A stretch of 64,000 nt of DNA from Octopus vulgaris (GCA_951406725.2 OX597833.1:70990001-71054000), one strand, 5' to 3'; shown: positions 11,726 to 24,918, numbered from the stretch's first letter. The notes: generated from the letters alone by a model not told the origin. Made by a program: numbers and translations.

Positions 11726-12680
11726 GTAGAAACTTCTCTTTTGTTCTTTCTTTTTAACTATTTCTGTGTCATTAAAGGCGGCTTTCATATTGAACTCATT
11801 TATTCCTTATAGATTTGCCAGTGCCGCCTGACTGGCTCCCGTGCCGGCGGCACGTAAAAAGCACCATTCAAGCATGCCTGACTGGCCCTCGTGCCAGTAG
11901 CACATAAAAGGCACCCACTATACTCTCGGAGTGGTGGGCGTTAGGAAGGGCATCCAGCTGTAGAAACTCTGCCAAATTAGATTGGAGCCTAGTGCAGCTT
12001 CCTGGTTTGGCAGCCCTCAGTCAATCCATCCAACCCATGCCAGCATGGAAAGCAGATATTAAATGATGATGAATAGGATGAGATTTCGTGTGAACTGCCT
12101 CTAGTCTAACAAACAAAACCAAAGTTGATACGTTGCACCTTAAAATTCCATCTTCTCTACGACCGGAACTTGACAAAGAACATTGTCCAAAACATTGATG
12201 TTTCTACCTCTTCTTCACAGAATTCGTTTTGTAATCTTCTTTTTCTCTCTGGCTATAATAGTGTGGTCCCAGTGGTGACACACGCTATTTAACCTTCATT
12301 CCATATCCAACTCATTTAGCTGAAACTCCACAACTGTTTTCATCCTTTTTATCTGCAGGAAGGGGCCAGTGTCTTTGACCCTCTTGGGACTTTCTGAGAC
12401 TGATGAGATTAAATGCCGCTAACATTCCATCTTGCAATGACTGCAGAGAAAATGTATTGGGATGGAATTGCAGGGGGCTGACACTGAAGGGAGGGAGACC
12501 CTGAGTGTAGTAATTGGCGCAGGGCCCAGGAACTGTAGTGACTCTCGAATAAAAAGTATGATTGTGTAGAAGTTGTTGATGTTTGACTCCTGTACAGGAA
12601 CGCCTTAAAAATGTATCCTTATTTTGATCCTGCCAAATCCTTCAACTTATAGATGTTTGTTTCCTTTTCTTTTCTTCCAG

Positions 12681-12994
12681 CTGCTTTGAAGAAAATGTTC
12701 CAGAAGATTCTTGACAGTAAAACTGAAGAAGACAGAAACCAGAATTTTGAGCCGTTACAAGAACTGATGACTTTGATTCAATTTGCAAACGACGAATGCG
12801 ATTATGGTGAAGGCTTGGAGCTGGGAATCAACCTCTTCTGTTTCGGGGGCGACATCTTCAATTCCACCATCCAGTTCTTGCTTCCTCTTGCTTACCAGTT
12901 GCTACAGCATCCGCAGTTTAGCCAAATCATCACAGAACATCTGAAGCATAGGAAAATGAGCGCCCTTCCTCATGAACTTAACGAACTCAACTAA
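12681..12994 (+). CDS. HPF1: HPF1 exon 7 (catalytic region and stop)
   Basis: IQFANDECDYGEGLELG...LLPLAYQLL; D/E equivalent to human D283/E284; TAA at 12992-12994. The seven exons sum to 1359 nt = 452 aa plus stop. Confidence 0.95.
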
Positions 12995-14189
12995 TTGAAA
13001 TTAAAACAAAAAAAAAAAAGAAACATCTTGGTAATGTCGAGTCGTTAGAAAAATCTATACAAAATATTTAGAAAAGTTTAGGAGATTTGATGAATTTGTG
13101 TGGTAAGATGATGGGCCTAGCAAGAGGAAGAAAAACGTTTTCTCTTTCTCTAATGAAGGGTTTGGCTCCAAACACCTGTCTTCTCATCTTCTCGTGGCAA
13201 ATCAACTTATCCAAATTTTCAAACTTCATTAAATAATTTTTGCCGACACAGACGGACATTATTTTCTTCATCCTTGAGGTCTGGCTTTTGTATATTGCTT
13301 TGAGCTGAATGGATGTTTTGTCACTTAATCAAACTGACAAGATATAACGTTTCTAATGAAGGACAATGATTTGAAACGGGGGCCTCCCATCTCCCTCTTT
13401 GTTTGAGCTGTCACGCTCAGGGCAGAGGTTACATGCATTTGATTCAAGTTTCCTAAACTAAGAACTTATCGCAATTCCTGTTAATTTATATTATTTCAAG
13501 GACACATATCGTAAATGGGAATACGGATGGCATTATTGCAAAGTTCATGACTGTTTCATAGTTCTATATTCCATCCATTCTTGTGAATACAGCTTGGAAA
13601 GAGATCAGTTCCACCAAGCTTATTTTGTCCCCACTTAAACTGCAAGAAGTCTTCAGTTGTTCCCTAAACATTTCTGGTTTGAGGCTCTCTGCACCATTAT
13701 ATATAAGTATGGCACAAATGGTCATGGAGAGTATTCAGCTATTGGTTCTGAAGCCATCAATTCAAATGTTGTCCATAAACATATCTCGTTTCTACGTAAA
13801 CTCACTGGACTCTGTTCTTGTTTCACATTTCAAAGGAATCCAGTTGGAAACATTCAGTTCCTTTGAAAATTTTGTCATTTTTTTTTCTTTTACACCTTTC
13901 ATATTTTTTATCATCTCACGTGTCATGGGTCTCTTGGTATTTTTTGAATCTTGGGTCTAGAAATAAAACTTTTGACCAAATGTAGCATCACATCATACAT
14001 TATGCTTTTGTCAATAAAATGTGAACTTCGTTAACGAAATAATTAGGAAGTAAATGTATGCTTTCCAATTAAGATCTAAAATATAAATTTTCTATCTTCT
14101 GTGTATTTTTTTCTTCTTTTTTTTTTCCAATTCTCTTAAACAATTCCATGCAATCTTTTCCACTCACTAGTTGTGGGGGTGGAGTCCTC

Positions 14190-14365
14190 AGTCACCTCCT
14201 TTTTAAAGTCCCCATCTCAAGCAACCATCATTATGCTTCCCAGCTGGGTTCCCAACCTTGACCGACTGACCCTACGGATATTATCCAACCATTCTTGGTC
14301 TAACCCCAGGTCTCTTGCCTCTGGTCTCAACTTGAAGAATCTGTCTTGCAGTTCTTTCCTGCAAC
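14190..14365 (-). mobile_element. Degenerate RTE-like LINE C-terminal fragment
   Basis: Minus strand ERTARQILQVETRGKRPGVRP, then frameshifted WLDNI; resembles the RTE 'GKRPRGRP..RW.D.I' end. Confidence 0.5.
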
Positions 14366-15894
14366 ATTCCTACCATCTGCCCCCAATACTGCAACTGTGA
14401 CCTCTTAATGAGGAGAAGTAACAGCTCAACTGGAGGAACTCCCTTCTCTCTCATCTCTACTCCCTGTCACTGTTACTTTTAATGACATCGTTAAGGTGAA
14501 TATATTTCCATTTTTTTTAAAGTATATAGTAACAGGGAGATTGCCCGAGCATGCTACAGGGAGCTGCTGACATAAGGAATATTTTTTGCACCCAAACGAC
14601 TTCATCATCATCATCGTTTAACATCCGTTTTCTGTGCTAGCAATGGTTGGATGGTTCGACCGGGGTCTGGGAAGCCAGGAGGCTGCACCAGGCTCCAGTC
14701 TGATCTGGCAGAGTTTCTACAGCTGGATGCCCTTCCTAATGCCAACCACTCTGAGAGTGTAGTGGGTGCTTTTTACGTGCCAGGGGAGGCTGGCTTTATT
14801 AGAAACAAAACAAAATAACAATTGCTAAATGAGAATATTAATTTTTCACACCACTTCTCAATCATGTGGTTTCTGGTTCAATCCTAATGCGCAGCACCTT
14901 GGGGGCAAGGCGTCCTGCGTTTTAGCCCCAAATCTTTTTGGGTGGATATAGTGGCAGGAAACTGAGACAAACCTGTTACATACACCATTATCACCATCAT
15001 CATCATTTAATGTCCATTTTCTATGCTGGTATGGTATGGTTTGGAGCTGAACCAAGCTCCAGTTGTCTGCTTTGACATGGTTTCTATGATTGTACTGGGT
15101 GCTTTTTATGTGGCACCAGCTCCAAATAATTTACAAGACAAAACCCCTTCAGCTGGGGGTGGGGAGAAGTGTTGAGGGATGAAAATGTAAACCCACGTTG
15201 GTGTGTTTACATTTTGTGCCTTCGAAGATGTGCGAAATACGATATCCCTTACTTGAAAAACAGGTAAGGGTTAAGGACAGGAAGAGCATCCAGCTGTACA
15301 AAAATGCACTCCTCTAACCCAGGCAGGCAAGGAAAAACAAATGAAAATATAATTTTCAGTCCTGTGCTTATCCAGCTGTCAACTACACCACACAGTCGTC
15401 TTATCCAAAGAAAAAAAATAATTCCAATTCTTATCTGCCTCGAGCCATCGTTGCCTGTTAGGAATGGTCAACACTACACTTTGGTAAAGAACTCCTATGA
15501 CCCGAACATTGTCTTCAGACGAATCGGAAACAGATTTACTTCCCGCTGAAGTGTCTCGTCTCAATTCTAATGATGGGGTTGTCTCCCCTACTTTGGTCAT
15601 TAACGCCATTCTACTCTCTCCCTCCTCCGTCGCCATCATCATCGTTGTTCTAACGTTCTCTTCTCTGTTCTTGGATGGGAATGAATGAAGTTTATTCAGG
15701 CAGAAATTTCTACGGCTGGATGCCCTTCCTGTCTCCAACTCTTACCTGTTTCCTAGTAAGGAAATATTTCCCCCCAATTCAGACATGTTCCACTGAATAT
15801 TGTAAATAAATTACATTCATTTACATTATTTGATGTCAAGCCAAGAACACACAAACATACATGTATGCATATATATATATATATATTTATGTAT

Positions 15895-16080
15895 ATGTAA
15901 AAAAACACAAACTGGGACAAGAACGCAAAACATTTACAAGACGATACAAAAAACATGGACGGGACATTCGAAGCCTTCAATCTTCAGTCAAGAACCGGAT
16001 CATCCTCGCAATTTCGGCTGATTAATCTTGAGATTGCTCCGACCTGGCCAGCACCAAAGGAAAATCTAAGCCAAGTGCAT
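15895..16080 (-). mobile_element. Short interspersed element in (TA)n carrying a rearranged hammerhead-like motif
   Basis: Flanked by TA/TG repeats; a truncated homolog (TGGGACAAGAACGCAAAACAT) lies at ~60362-60408. Confidence 0.5.
15972..16037 (-). ncRNA. Candidate non-circularly permuted hammerhead ribozyme
   Basis: Minus strand GCAAU-C^-UCAAGA...AGCC-GAAA-UUGC...UCUUGA-CUGAAGA-uugaa-GGCU; three complementary helices surround complete core motifs. Confidence 0.55.
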
Positions 16081-17137
16081 GTGTGTATATATATATATAC
16101 ATAAGTATGTGTATGACGGTCTTTTTACATCTTCCAAATCCAGTGTCAAGATTTTGGTCCACTTTCCATGCAGGCATGGGTCGGAGACAGTTTGATAGGA
16201 TCTGGCAAGCAGGAGTGCTGCACCAGGCTCCACTTTTGTCTGCTTTGGCTCCTGGTGCAGCTCTTCTGTTTATATACACACATACACATAAAAGTAATAT
16301 ATTCGTGTATGTGTGTGTATAAATGAAGGGATGGATGGAGGTATGTATGTATGCATTCATTGTTTCCATTTAACAAATTTTACACCCAAGTAAAGGATTC
16401 AACAATAGTCCTAAGAACCCACATTGGTATTGATGCCTTAACACACACACAGAATGTGCTGGTGCCACATAAAAAGCACCAAATACACTCTGCCAAAGTT
16501 GTTGGCACTAGAAAGAGCATGCAGCTGCAGGAGCTCTGCCAAAGCAGACAACTGGAACCTGTCAACCATCCAACCCATGCCTGCATGGAAGCAGACGTTT
16601 AAGGGTGATGACGATGACATACACATATTTGATGAGTTTCTGTCAACTCACAAGGCTTTAGTTGTCCTGGGGCTGTAGTCAGAAGGCAACTTGCCCACCA
16701 AGGTACCACACAAAGGAATTGAACCTGAAACCAGTTGTCACAAAGTGAACTTTCTTTACCACACAGTCATGTCCATATACATTTTATTTGGGTTGAGTCA
16801 GTCTTTTGCGATTCTTCATACCTTCTGAAGTACAGCACAAACGTTATACTCTCCTCTGGCTTATAACTGAATTCTGTTCGATACACCATTTGGTGAAAAT
16901 GAACTTAGAGCTTCCAGACTTCTTAAAACATATCTCCATTAACTGTTGTTGTTTCTTTTTTTCTTGGCCGGTGGCACGTAAAAAGCACCAACTGATCGTG
17001 GCCATTGCCAGCCTGCCCTGGCACCTGTACCGGTGGCACATAAAAAGCACCCACTACACTCACGGGGTGGTTGGTGTTAGGAAGGGCATCCAGCTGTAGA
17101 AACTCTGCCAGATCAGACTGGGCCTGGTGCAGCCTTC

Positions 17138-17524
17138 TCATTGTTTGACCGTGGTTGAGACAATGGAATTTACCATGCTACGCCAGACTTCACGATCCAT
17201 CATGGCATTACAGAGGTCCTGTTGCTGGATGCCTGTATCCCTGGAGATTACATCAGGGTAGGAGAGTGTGCACCCTCTGGTATTGCAAGTAGATGGCTTC
17301 CAGAGGAGAAGAGTAGAAATTACCTCTTTTTCAACTCTACAACAATGTCCAGCAAACTTAACTCTCCTACCTTTCACAAGAGATGACACAGGTGGTAGTT
17401 TCCCATATATTTGCATTTTGGTTGGATGGCGCTTCCACGAGAGATTTTGAGCTCTCATAAGGAGGCGAGTGTAGGTTCCATCCAACCACCTCTCAAGCTT
17501 CTTTGATAACGTCCAGGTTTCTGA
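17138..17524 (-). mobile_element. 5'-truncated RTE-clade LINE (RT C-terminal region), nested in a family-B SINE
   Basis: SETWTLSKKLERWLDGTYTRLLMRAQNLSW...RRVKFAGHCCR...AMMDREVWRSMV; the host repeat resumes on both sides. Confidence 0.85.
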
Positions 17525-18059
17525 GCTTCCCAGACCCCAGTCAAACCGTCCAACCCTTGGTAGCATGGAAAACGGACGTTAAACGATGATGATGATGATG
17601 ATTTTCACAGGTAAACCGCAGAATAACAAGAGAGTGACTCAACTAAAATGAAACATTATTCTCTGTTGTGGTATCGAGTCCTCTTTTTGTCTTTTTTGAC
17701 AGTCAACACCCAACAGATACAACCCCCCCACACACACATACACATAAACACATATGTTTGTTATATTACACCATTGATGTTTTGATTGTGCAATACCTGA
17801 GGGTGTGCAGGAAGAAAAGTTGGAAATTTAGCTGCATTTAAGTGCAACTTTTCTGCGTACATCTTTTCATGAGGACAAAACCTTCTTTTGTGTGAGTGTG
17901 TGTTTATGTCGAATCTTATGTACCTGCTAATGAAGTCATTGGTTGTGCAATATCATTATAACACTCATAATTCTACAATTCTTGGCAAGTATTTCAGAAT
18001 CAAGGATATTCATTGTGCAATATAACACACGCAAATGTATAATTTATGTATAATTTTGT

Positions 18060-18445
18060 GTGTTTGTATATGTATATATATATTATGTAAATTTATGTAT
18101 ATTATATAAATTTACATATATCTTTATATGTGTATATATCATAAATTTATATATATATGTTTATATTATATAAATTTATATTTATATAATATAAACATAT
18201 ATATATATATTATATAAATTTATATATATATATATATTATATAAATTTATATAAATATATATATTATATAAATATATATATATATTATATAAATTTATAT
18301 AAATATATATATATATAATATATAAATTTATATATAATATAAATTTATATATATATATATTATATAAATTTATATATATATAATATAAATTTATATATAT
18401 ATATTATATAAATTTATATATAATATAAATTTATATATATATGTT
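18060..18445. repeat. AT-only minisatellite of ATATAAATTTATAT-like palindromic units
   Basis: About 380 bp of nearly pure A/T with recurring TATAAATTTATA. Confidence 0.9.
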
Positions 18446-21400
18446 AATATCTATGGCGCAATATTTTGATGCTCAGCTGATGCAGAAGACGGAGAATTGT
18501 GCAGAATCCCGGAAGTCGTCATCAAACCAGTCACGCACAAATCCGCGCGCTTTTCATTATTGTTTTCACCTTGAGCCGCTTACATCATCATAAATGTAGA
18601 AAAGAATCTGTCCATGTCGCTCGATTAATTTTAGAATTCTTAGTCATTACCAACCGGGCGTGGATTTACAAAATTGCTTGTGCGTTGGACAGAATGTATT
18701 TATTATTATTATTGGCTGTTCATGTTCTGGGTTCAGTTCGCTGTCTGCTTTTTTTTCATTTCCCGGTGTCTCTGAAATAATTTACCAGCTGAGTATTGAT
18801 CGACCATGTGGCATTATTCCGATGTTAGAACATATTTCTTATCAATATCTTTGTAGCAAGATATAAGTGGGTGGCAAAATCGTTTAAACATAAAATCAAA
18901 CACTTTGCGATGGTACTTTTAGACCTTTTTAAACATTTTGAAAACCAGGCTGCATCGTGTGAACTTCAATTTAATCCTTATATTTTCTCCTGATATTTTT
19001 AGCAATGTCACTTGCCCGCCGAGGTCGCCTTTACCTACAGCAATTATATTCACTAAATATAATTTAATTCGACTACAACATCCTTAAGTAATCTTGTATT
19101 TATTCACAGTTGTTGTTTAACCCTAAGACAAACCTGATCGAGCATTTCTATTATCAAAAATTATTCCAATTATGACCATCCCGCCTTAGGTAAAAAATAT
19201 TTTCTGAAATATTTATCTAAAGTACATCTACGACTGTGACCTTTCACTTTTAGTAAGACACTAACCCCGGATCTTTGGTTGAAATTGCCGAAAAGCAAGA
19301 AATTTAGCAACAAATAGCTTACAAACTACAGAATTTTCTCAAGAAAGCCAAGAGAAAAAGATGTTTTATAAACACATTCTACCAGTAAACGAAGTTTAAA
19401 AGTGTTTAGCTACGTGGAAATTATTTTAAAAATCTGCCGGTCAAAAGATCCCACTAACCACTGTGTGTGATTCGAGAGCAGTTTAGCTGCTATTTCTAAA
19501 AGTTGGAGCGACCATGTAACATTTGCGAATGGTACACTTCGTCTTTCATTTATTTTAACAGCTTCACTTGCCTCTTGTTGCGAAGATGCCCTCTAAGACT
19601 TCCTTCCTTCTTCCCACTATTTACAGTGTGGGAGGCCCTGCCAAGCGCTGTCTGCCTCCTACAATGAGGGTGAGTGTGTATAGGACGCACCCATAAAGCC
19701 ATTACGGAACTGAGTCAAACATTGAAAAATAGGTGCTACTCCTACTCAATATGTTGAGTGCAACTTTCGTTAGGCCAGTCAATCCTCTACACACACACAC
19801 ACACACGTGTGCTTATGCATACACATATAAATTATTACATAATAATATACATATAATGCCTATTGTGTAATTACATAATACACAATATATTATGTAACTA
19901 TATATATATATATATGTGTGTGTGATAATTGCTTCATCTTGACAGATATATAAATGTATACACACACACACTTTATTACCAAAGCGATGGAAGGCAAAAA
20001 CAGTTAATCGCCGAACTAAATTCTCTATTCAGCCCCCATCCCTTCCCCAACTGAATTTAATCCCTTCTTGGGTCATCATTGCACGAGTAGGCTCGTGGTC
20101 AAAGTTATCCCAAACGTGACCATCTGTTGTTGTTTTTTTCTTTTTTTTTAAGGCAATATTGTTCGCCGGAGTCCCTCATCCAAAGTATCCCCCCCTTTTT
20201 TTTTTCTAAAGGCGGATCGGTGTAATTTGAAAGAAATTTCACTACTGTTTCCAGCAAATCGACTGACCACTTAGAGGTCATCGTTGGCTCATCTTCTTTA
20301 GGTCCTGAGTCAGAAGACTTGTGATCAAAGTCATTCCGAGCATGACCACTCTGTCTTTTTAGGAGCATCGACGACTAGGTTACCCCGTGTATTCATTTTT
20401 TTTTAAGACGGTGTCGTTTGAGGGAGATTTCACTGGTATTTCTAGCAAGACAACAAGACAAGCGACCACAGTCGCTATTTGATGCACCTTAATTTTGTTT
20501 GGAATTTATCTGGGTTTTCAAAGCTAAGAATATAGGCCCCAATCCCCAAGTACACACATTTTTGAGTGAAATAATGTGCTTTACTCCGCCTGCTTGATCC
20601 CAAAATCGAACCCACGACCCACTGATCGAGTGCCCAGTCACCCTGATCACTAGACAATCACTTTCACCGCTTGAGCCACCATTTGACCATGGCCAAAACC
20701 CTGACCTCCAGTTTATATAAAGGCCATTGATTAAGCTGCGGTTCTCGGCCATTTTTCAAATAAAATTGATCGTGTCTTATAAGCTTCATAACTTCATAAA
20801 ATACTATATTCAGTACGATGTTTGTCTATATAACACACACACACACACACACACATATGTATGTGTGTGTCACGCATGAATACACACATACACTTACATA
20901 CATTGAGCCTTAAAGGTGAACATTTTCTGAATATTAGAATCCCAGAATTCTGATGTATTATGTTTTATATTTATAAAATAGACAATGAAACGACGGATTA
21001 AGTCAGTCAAATTTACCTTGGGAGTCACCCCGTGTAATTAATGCCATAAACCTTGAAAATTGTTGTATTGTTCACCTATAATGGTCTCTGTCGGCCGCTG
21101 TGTCATTTCAACTCGCGGCAATTACGTCATTTCCGTTTTGTATCGTAGGTCAAGGCCAATGATTAAGTTTACCCAGTGTATAAGTTCAGGAGTTCCCAAC
21201 CTGTGGCCCACGGACCCTTAGTGGTTCGCAAAGGTAGTACTGGGGGTCGGTGAACATGTTAAGCTGACAGGCCTTTCAATATCCTAGGGTCCGTGGGAAA
21301 ACTCATTTACATAAAAGTTTGAAACCACTAGTATAGTCTTTTTTAATACATTAGAACACTCCTTTACTAATTTGTGTCTTTGTAGCTACATAAGGATATA

Positions 21401-22298
21401 TTCTTAACCTTCTTTTAATCTTTTGTTCGCCGCGCTCATTAGCATTACAATACAGTATTCGTTACACCCTTTGAATAACTCAGTACAGTAACTCTGAGCC
21501 ACAACGTTTATGATTTTGTGACATATTCTCAACAAGCTGGATATAGTTTGCTATGGTGGATGAAAGATAGCTTCAACAGAATTTAATCTTTTCACTGTCG
21601 CTTGCCCATTATAGCTATTTTTCTTACATGGCCCCGTCAACTGAGGAAGATCAGCATTTTGAAGAGTTTACAGGGTCTTTAAAACTAGTGAAAAGAAAGA
21701 AGTTGCGGGTGACAAGGCCTGAAAGCCTTGCACTAAAAGGTTTTCGGCAGAAAGGTGTCCAAAGACGTGTTAAACTGGTCGGTAGGTAAAGTCTATCACT
21801 GTTGGATATACTGGCGAAAAATAAATCTCTCAGTACGTCATAGAAATTAACATAATGTGGTGCAAGATTTATTGTGTCTAGTAAAACCATTCGTCATTTC
21901 TAGGCCTCTGTAAATTTTTGGATCATTTATTTATATGGAAAGTTATTCAAAATTGGTCACGACATGGTCACGGTTTGGATAACACTGATCATGTGTTAGT
22001 TCGATGAGGTCTGAATTGAGGTTAAACAACACCAGCTGTAATACACCGCCCAGCTTACACATAAACATACTGACGTCACAAACGACAAAACTTACAACGC
22101 ATTATGCGTTGGGCAGGTTTTATAGAGGGCAGAGGGAGCAATTGTCTAGGGCATCTAAGAGATATTGGGAGCCCCCTGCTACGAAGGGTATATCTCACTC
22201 AATACAGGAAGGCCCCCCAAATCCTAGCAACCAAGCATGAAGAGGCTCTCTTTCAAGATACCAGCAACAACCACAAAAATGATTTATTTCCTTTTTCG

Positions 22299-22569
22299 GG
22301 ATCTTTTCACTTTGACTGGCAGATATTAAAAATGATTTCTTTGTAACTAAACACTTTTAAACCTCGTATTCTGGTAGAATATGTTACATAAAACATCTTT
22401 TTCTCTTGGCTTTCTTGAGAAAATTCTGTAGTCTGTAAGCTATTTGTTGTTTAATTTCTTGCATTTCGGCAATTTCAACCAATCAATGACATCTACTGAG
22501 GTGAATACAATATTTGTTTAGTTACAAAGAAATTATTTTAAAAATCTGCCGGTCAAAGTGAAAAGATCC
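22299..22569. mobile_element. MITE with ~50-bp TIRs (GGATCTTTTCACTTTGAC...) and 8-bp TSD CTTTTTCG
   Basis: TIRs at both ends; TSD at 22291-22298 and 22570-22577; related copies at ~19269-19451 and ~51410-51602. Confidence 0.8.
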
Positions 22570-23551
22570 CTTTTTCGTAATTGTCTGTCGTTTTATCTTA
22601 TTTCACATTCTGAAAACCTTTGTAATTCGCATTAGAAGAAGAAGAAAAAAATCTCCCTCCGCTCTTCCCTCCTTCATTGTACTTTTCATAATGAAGGAAA
22701 AGTCAAACACCACAAATGGATGTGTGGAAAACGAAAACTGAATTTTGTAAAAAGTGTATCCATAAAGCGACATTTTCAGTCATATATTTAAACTTTCTAT
22801 GCTAACTCATCAAATTCAGTTACATGAAATAGAGATGGGTCTTGAGATTTAAATTTGGTAATTTTTTAAGATTTTAATTCTTGTGTATAAGTGCCTCGGG
22901 TCTGCCATGCTTTAAATCCGGTCCTGATTATGAAGTCTGTGGATTTCTACACAATGTTTTGTAGGGTGTGACAGTTTATTAAATATAGGAAGAAGAATTG
23001 TTCGTTAGAAAAAGTAAAACCATTCGTCATGTCTAGGCCTCTGTAAATTTTTGGACCATTTATTTATATGGAAAGTTATTCAAAATTGGTCGTGACATTC
23101 TTCGTGACATTAAATATATAAATTACGCAGTCGGTATTGCATTTCTACCCTGAGTCGTTTTGTTTTCTGCAGTAGTTGAAATAAATGTTAGTTGTGATAC
23201 ATGCTGTAATATATAGTTTAAATGTTTGATGGCTGGAATATGCTATAATATATCCTTTTATTTTTGTAAGCCTAGTACTTATTTTTGTAAGCCTAGTACT
23301 TATTCTATCGGTCTTTATCGCCGAAGCGCTAAGTTACGGAGACGTAAACACACAAGCATCGGTTGTCAAGCGATGTTGGGGGACAAACACACACGTATAT
23401 ATATATATACATATATATATATATGACGGGCTTCTTTCAGTTTCCGTCTACCAAAGCCACTCACAAGGATTTGGTTGGCCCAAAGCTATAGTAGAAGACA
23501 CTTGCTCAAGGTGTCAAGCGATGTTCGGGGAACAAACACAGACACACAAAC

Positions 23552-23582
<31 letters not shown>

Positions 23583-23794
23583 TCATATTTTTCCCAAGGC
23601 ATCTTATTATCTTTCCTATTAAGGTTCGTTCGCACAACTTATTTTAATTTTCTCGCCGAGCCGAAAGACATTTCATGTAAATCTATTTTTGCATGTTTGG
23701 TTTCTCCGACCTCCTCCAAGCTCGTCCTTATAAACCGCTGGTCGTTTATTTATGTTTAGTCTAAACACCGTGTGCTTTTCTCTGCCATTGTCCT

Positions 23795-24125
23795 TTAGTC
23801 TTTTACGTGTTTCAGTCATTTGACTGCAGCCATGCTGGAGCACCGCCTTTAGTTGAACAAATCGACCCCAGGACTTATTCTATGGGTCTCTTTTGCCGAA
23901 CCGCTACGTTACAGGGATGTAAACACATCACCATTGGTTGTCAAGCGATATTGGAGGACAAATACATATATACGACGGGCTTCTTTCAGTTTCCGTCTAC
24001 CAAATCCACTCACAAGGCTTTGGTCGGCCCGAGGCTATAGTAGAATACACTTGCCCAAGGTGCCATGCAGTGGGACTGAACCCGGAACCATGTGGTTGGT
24101 AAGCAAGCTACTTACCACACAACCA
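23795..24125 (-). mobile_element. SINE family A
   Basis: Matches family A consensus. Confidence 0.8.
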
Positions 24126-24418
24126 CAAACATGCATGCATACAAACATATATAGAGACATGCATACACACATGAATAGATGCATATACACATGCACAGCC
24201 ACTCCGTATCTAACTGTTTACTCTCCTTGTACGATTCTTTAGAACCCAGAAGTTCACGCTGCTGACACTGCCAATGTAATATAAATATTGTCGGAGAGTG
24301 TCGAAATTGTGATGATACTTGGTTGATAACTGACGAGGGAGAGATTGAGCATGTCTGCGTCCGTTGTAATTTTTACCTGCTTTTCGCGTAAATTCCTTTA
24401 TCGTCTTTATTCCACCCT

Positions 24419-24479
<61 letters not shown>

Positions 24480-24524
24480 CACACACACCTGCGCGCGCAT
24501 ACATAATTTAGTTGCAGTAATATA

Positions 24525-24918
24525 GGCGCAGGAGTGGCTGTGTGGTAAGTAGCTTGCTAACCAACCACATGGTTCCGGGTTCAGTCCCACTGCGTGGCAT
24601 CTTGGGCAAGTGTCTTCTGCTATAGCCCCGGGCCGACCAATGCCTTGTGAGTGGATTTGGTAGACAGAAACTGAAAGAAGCCCGTCGTATATATGTATAT
24701 ATATGTATGTGTGTGTGCTTGTGTGTCTGTGCTTGTCCCCCTAGCATTGCTTGACAACCGATGCTGGTGTGTTTACGTCCCCGTCACTTAGCGGTTCGGC
24801 AAAAAGAGACCGATAGAATAAGTACTGGGCTTACAAAGAATAAGTCCCGGGGTCGATTTGCTCGACTAAAGGCGGTGCTCCAGCATGGCCGCAGTCGAAT
24901 GACTGAAACAAGTAAAAG
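24525..24918 (+). mobile_element. SINE family A (full length)
   Basis: Complete head, body and tail. Confidence 0.85.

Noticed and set aside
13500-13960. 125-aa plus-strand ORF and a possible minus-strand exon downstream of HPF1
   Set aside because: No recognisable motif, and the minus frame has stops; more likely 3'UTR or intergenic sequence.
15379-15738. 119-aa minus-strand ORF
   Set aside because: Begins in a family-B repeat; no homology or supporting exon chain seen.
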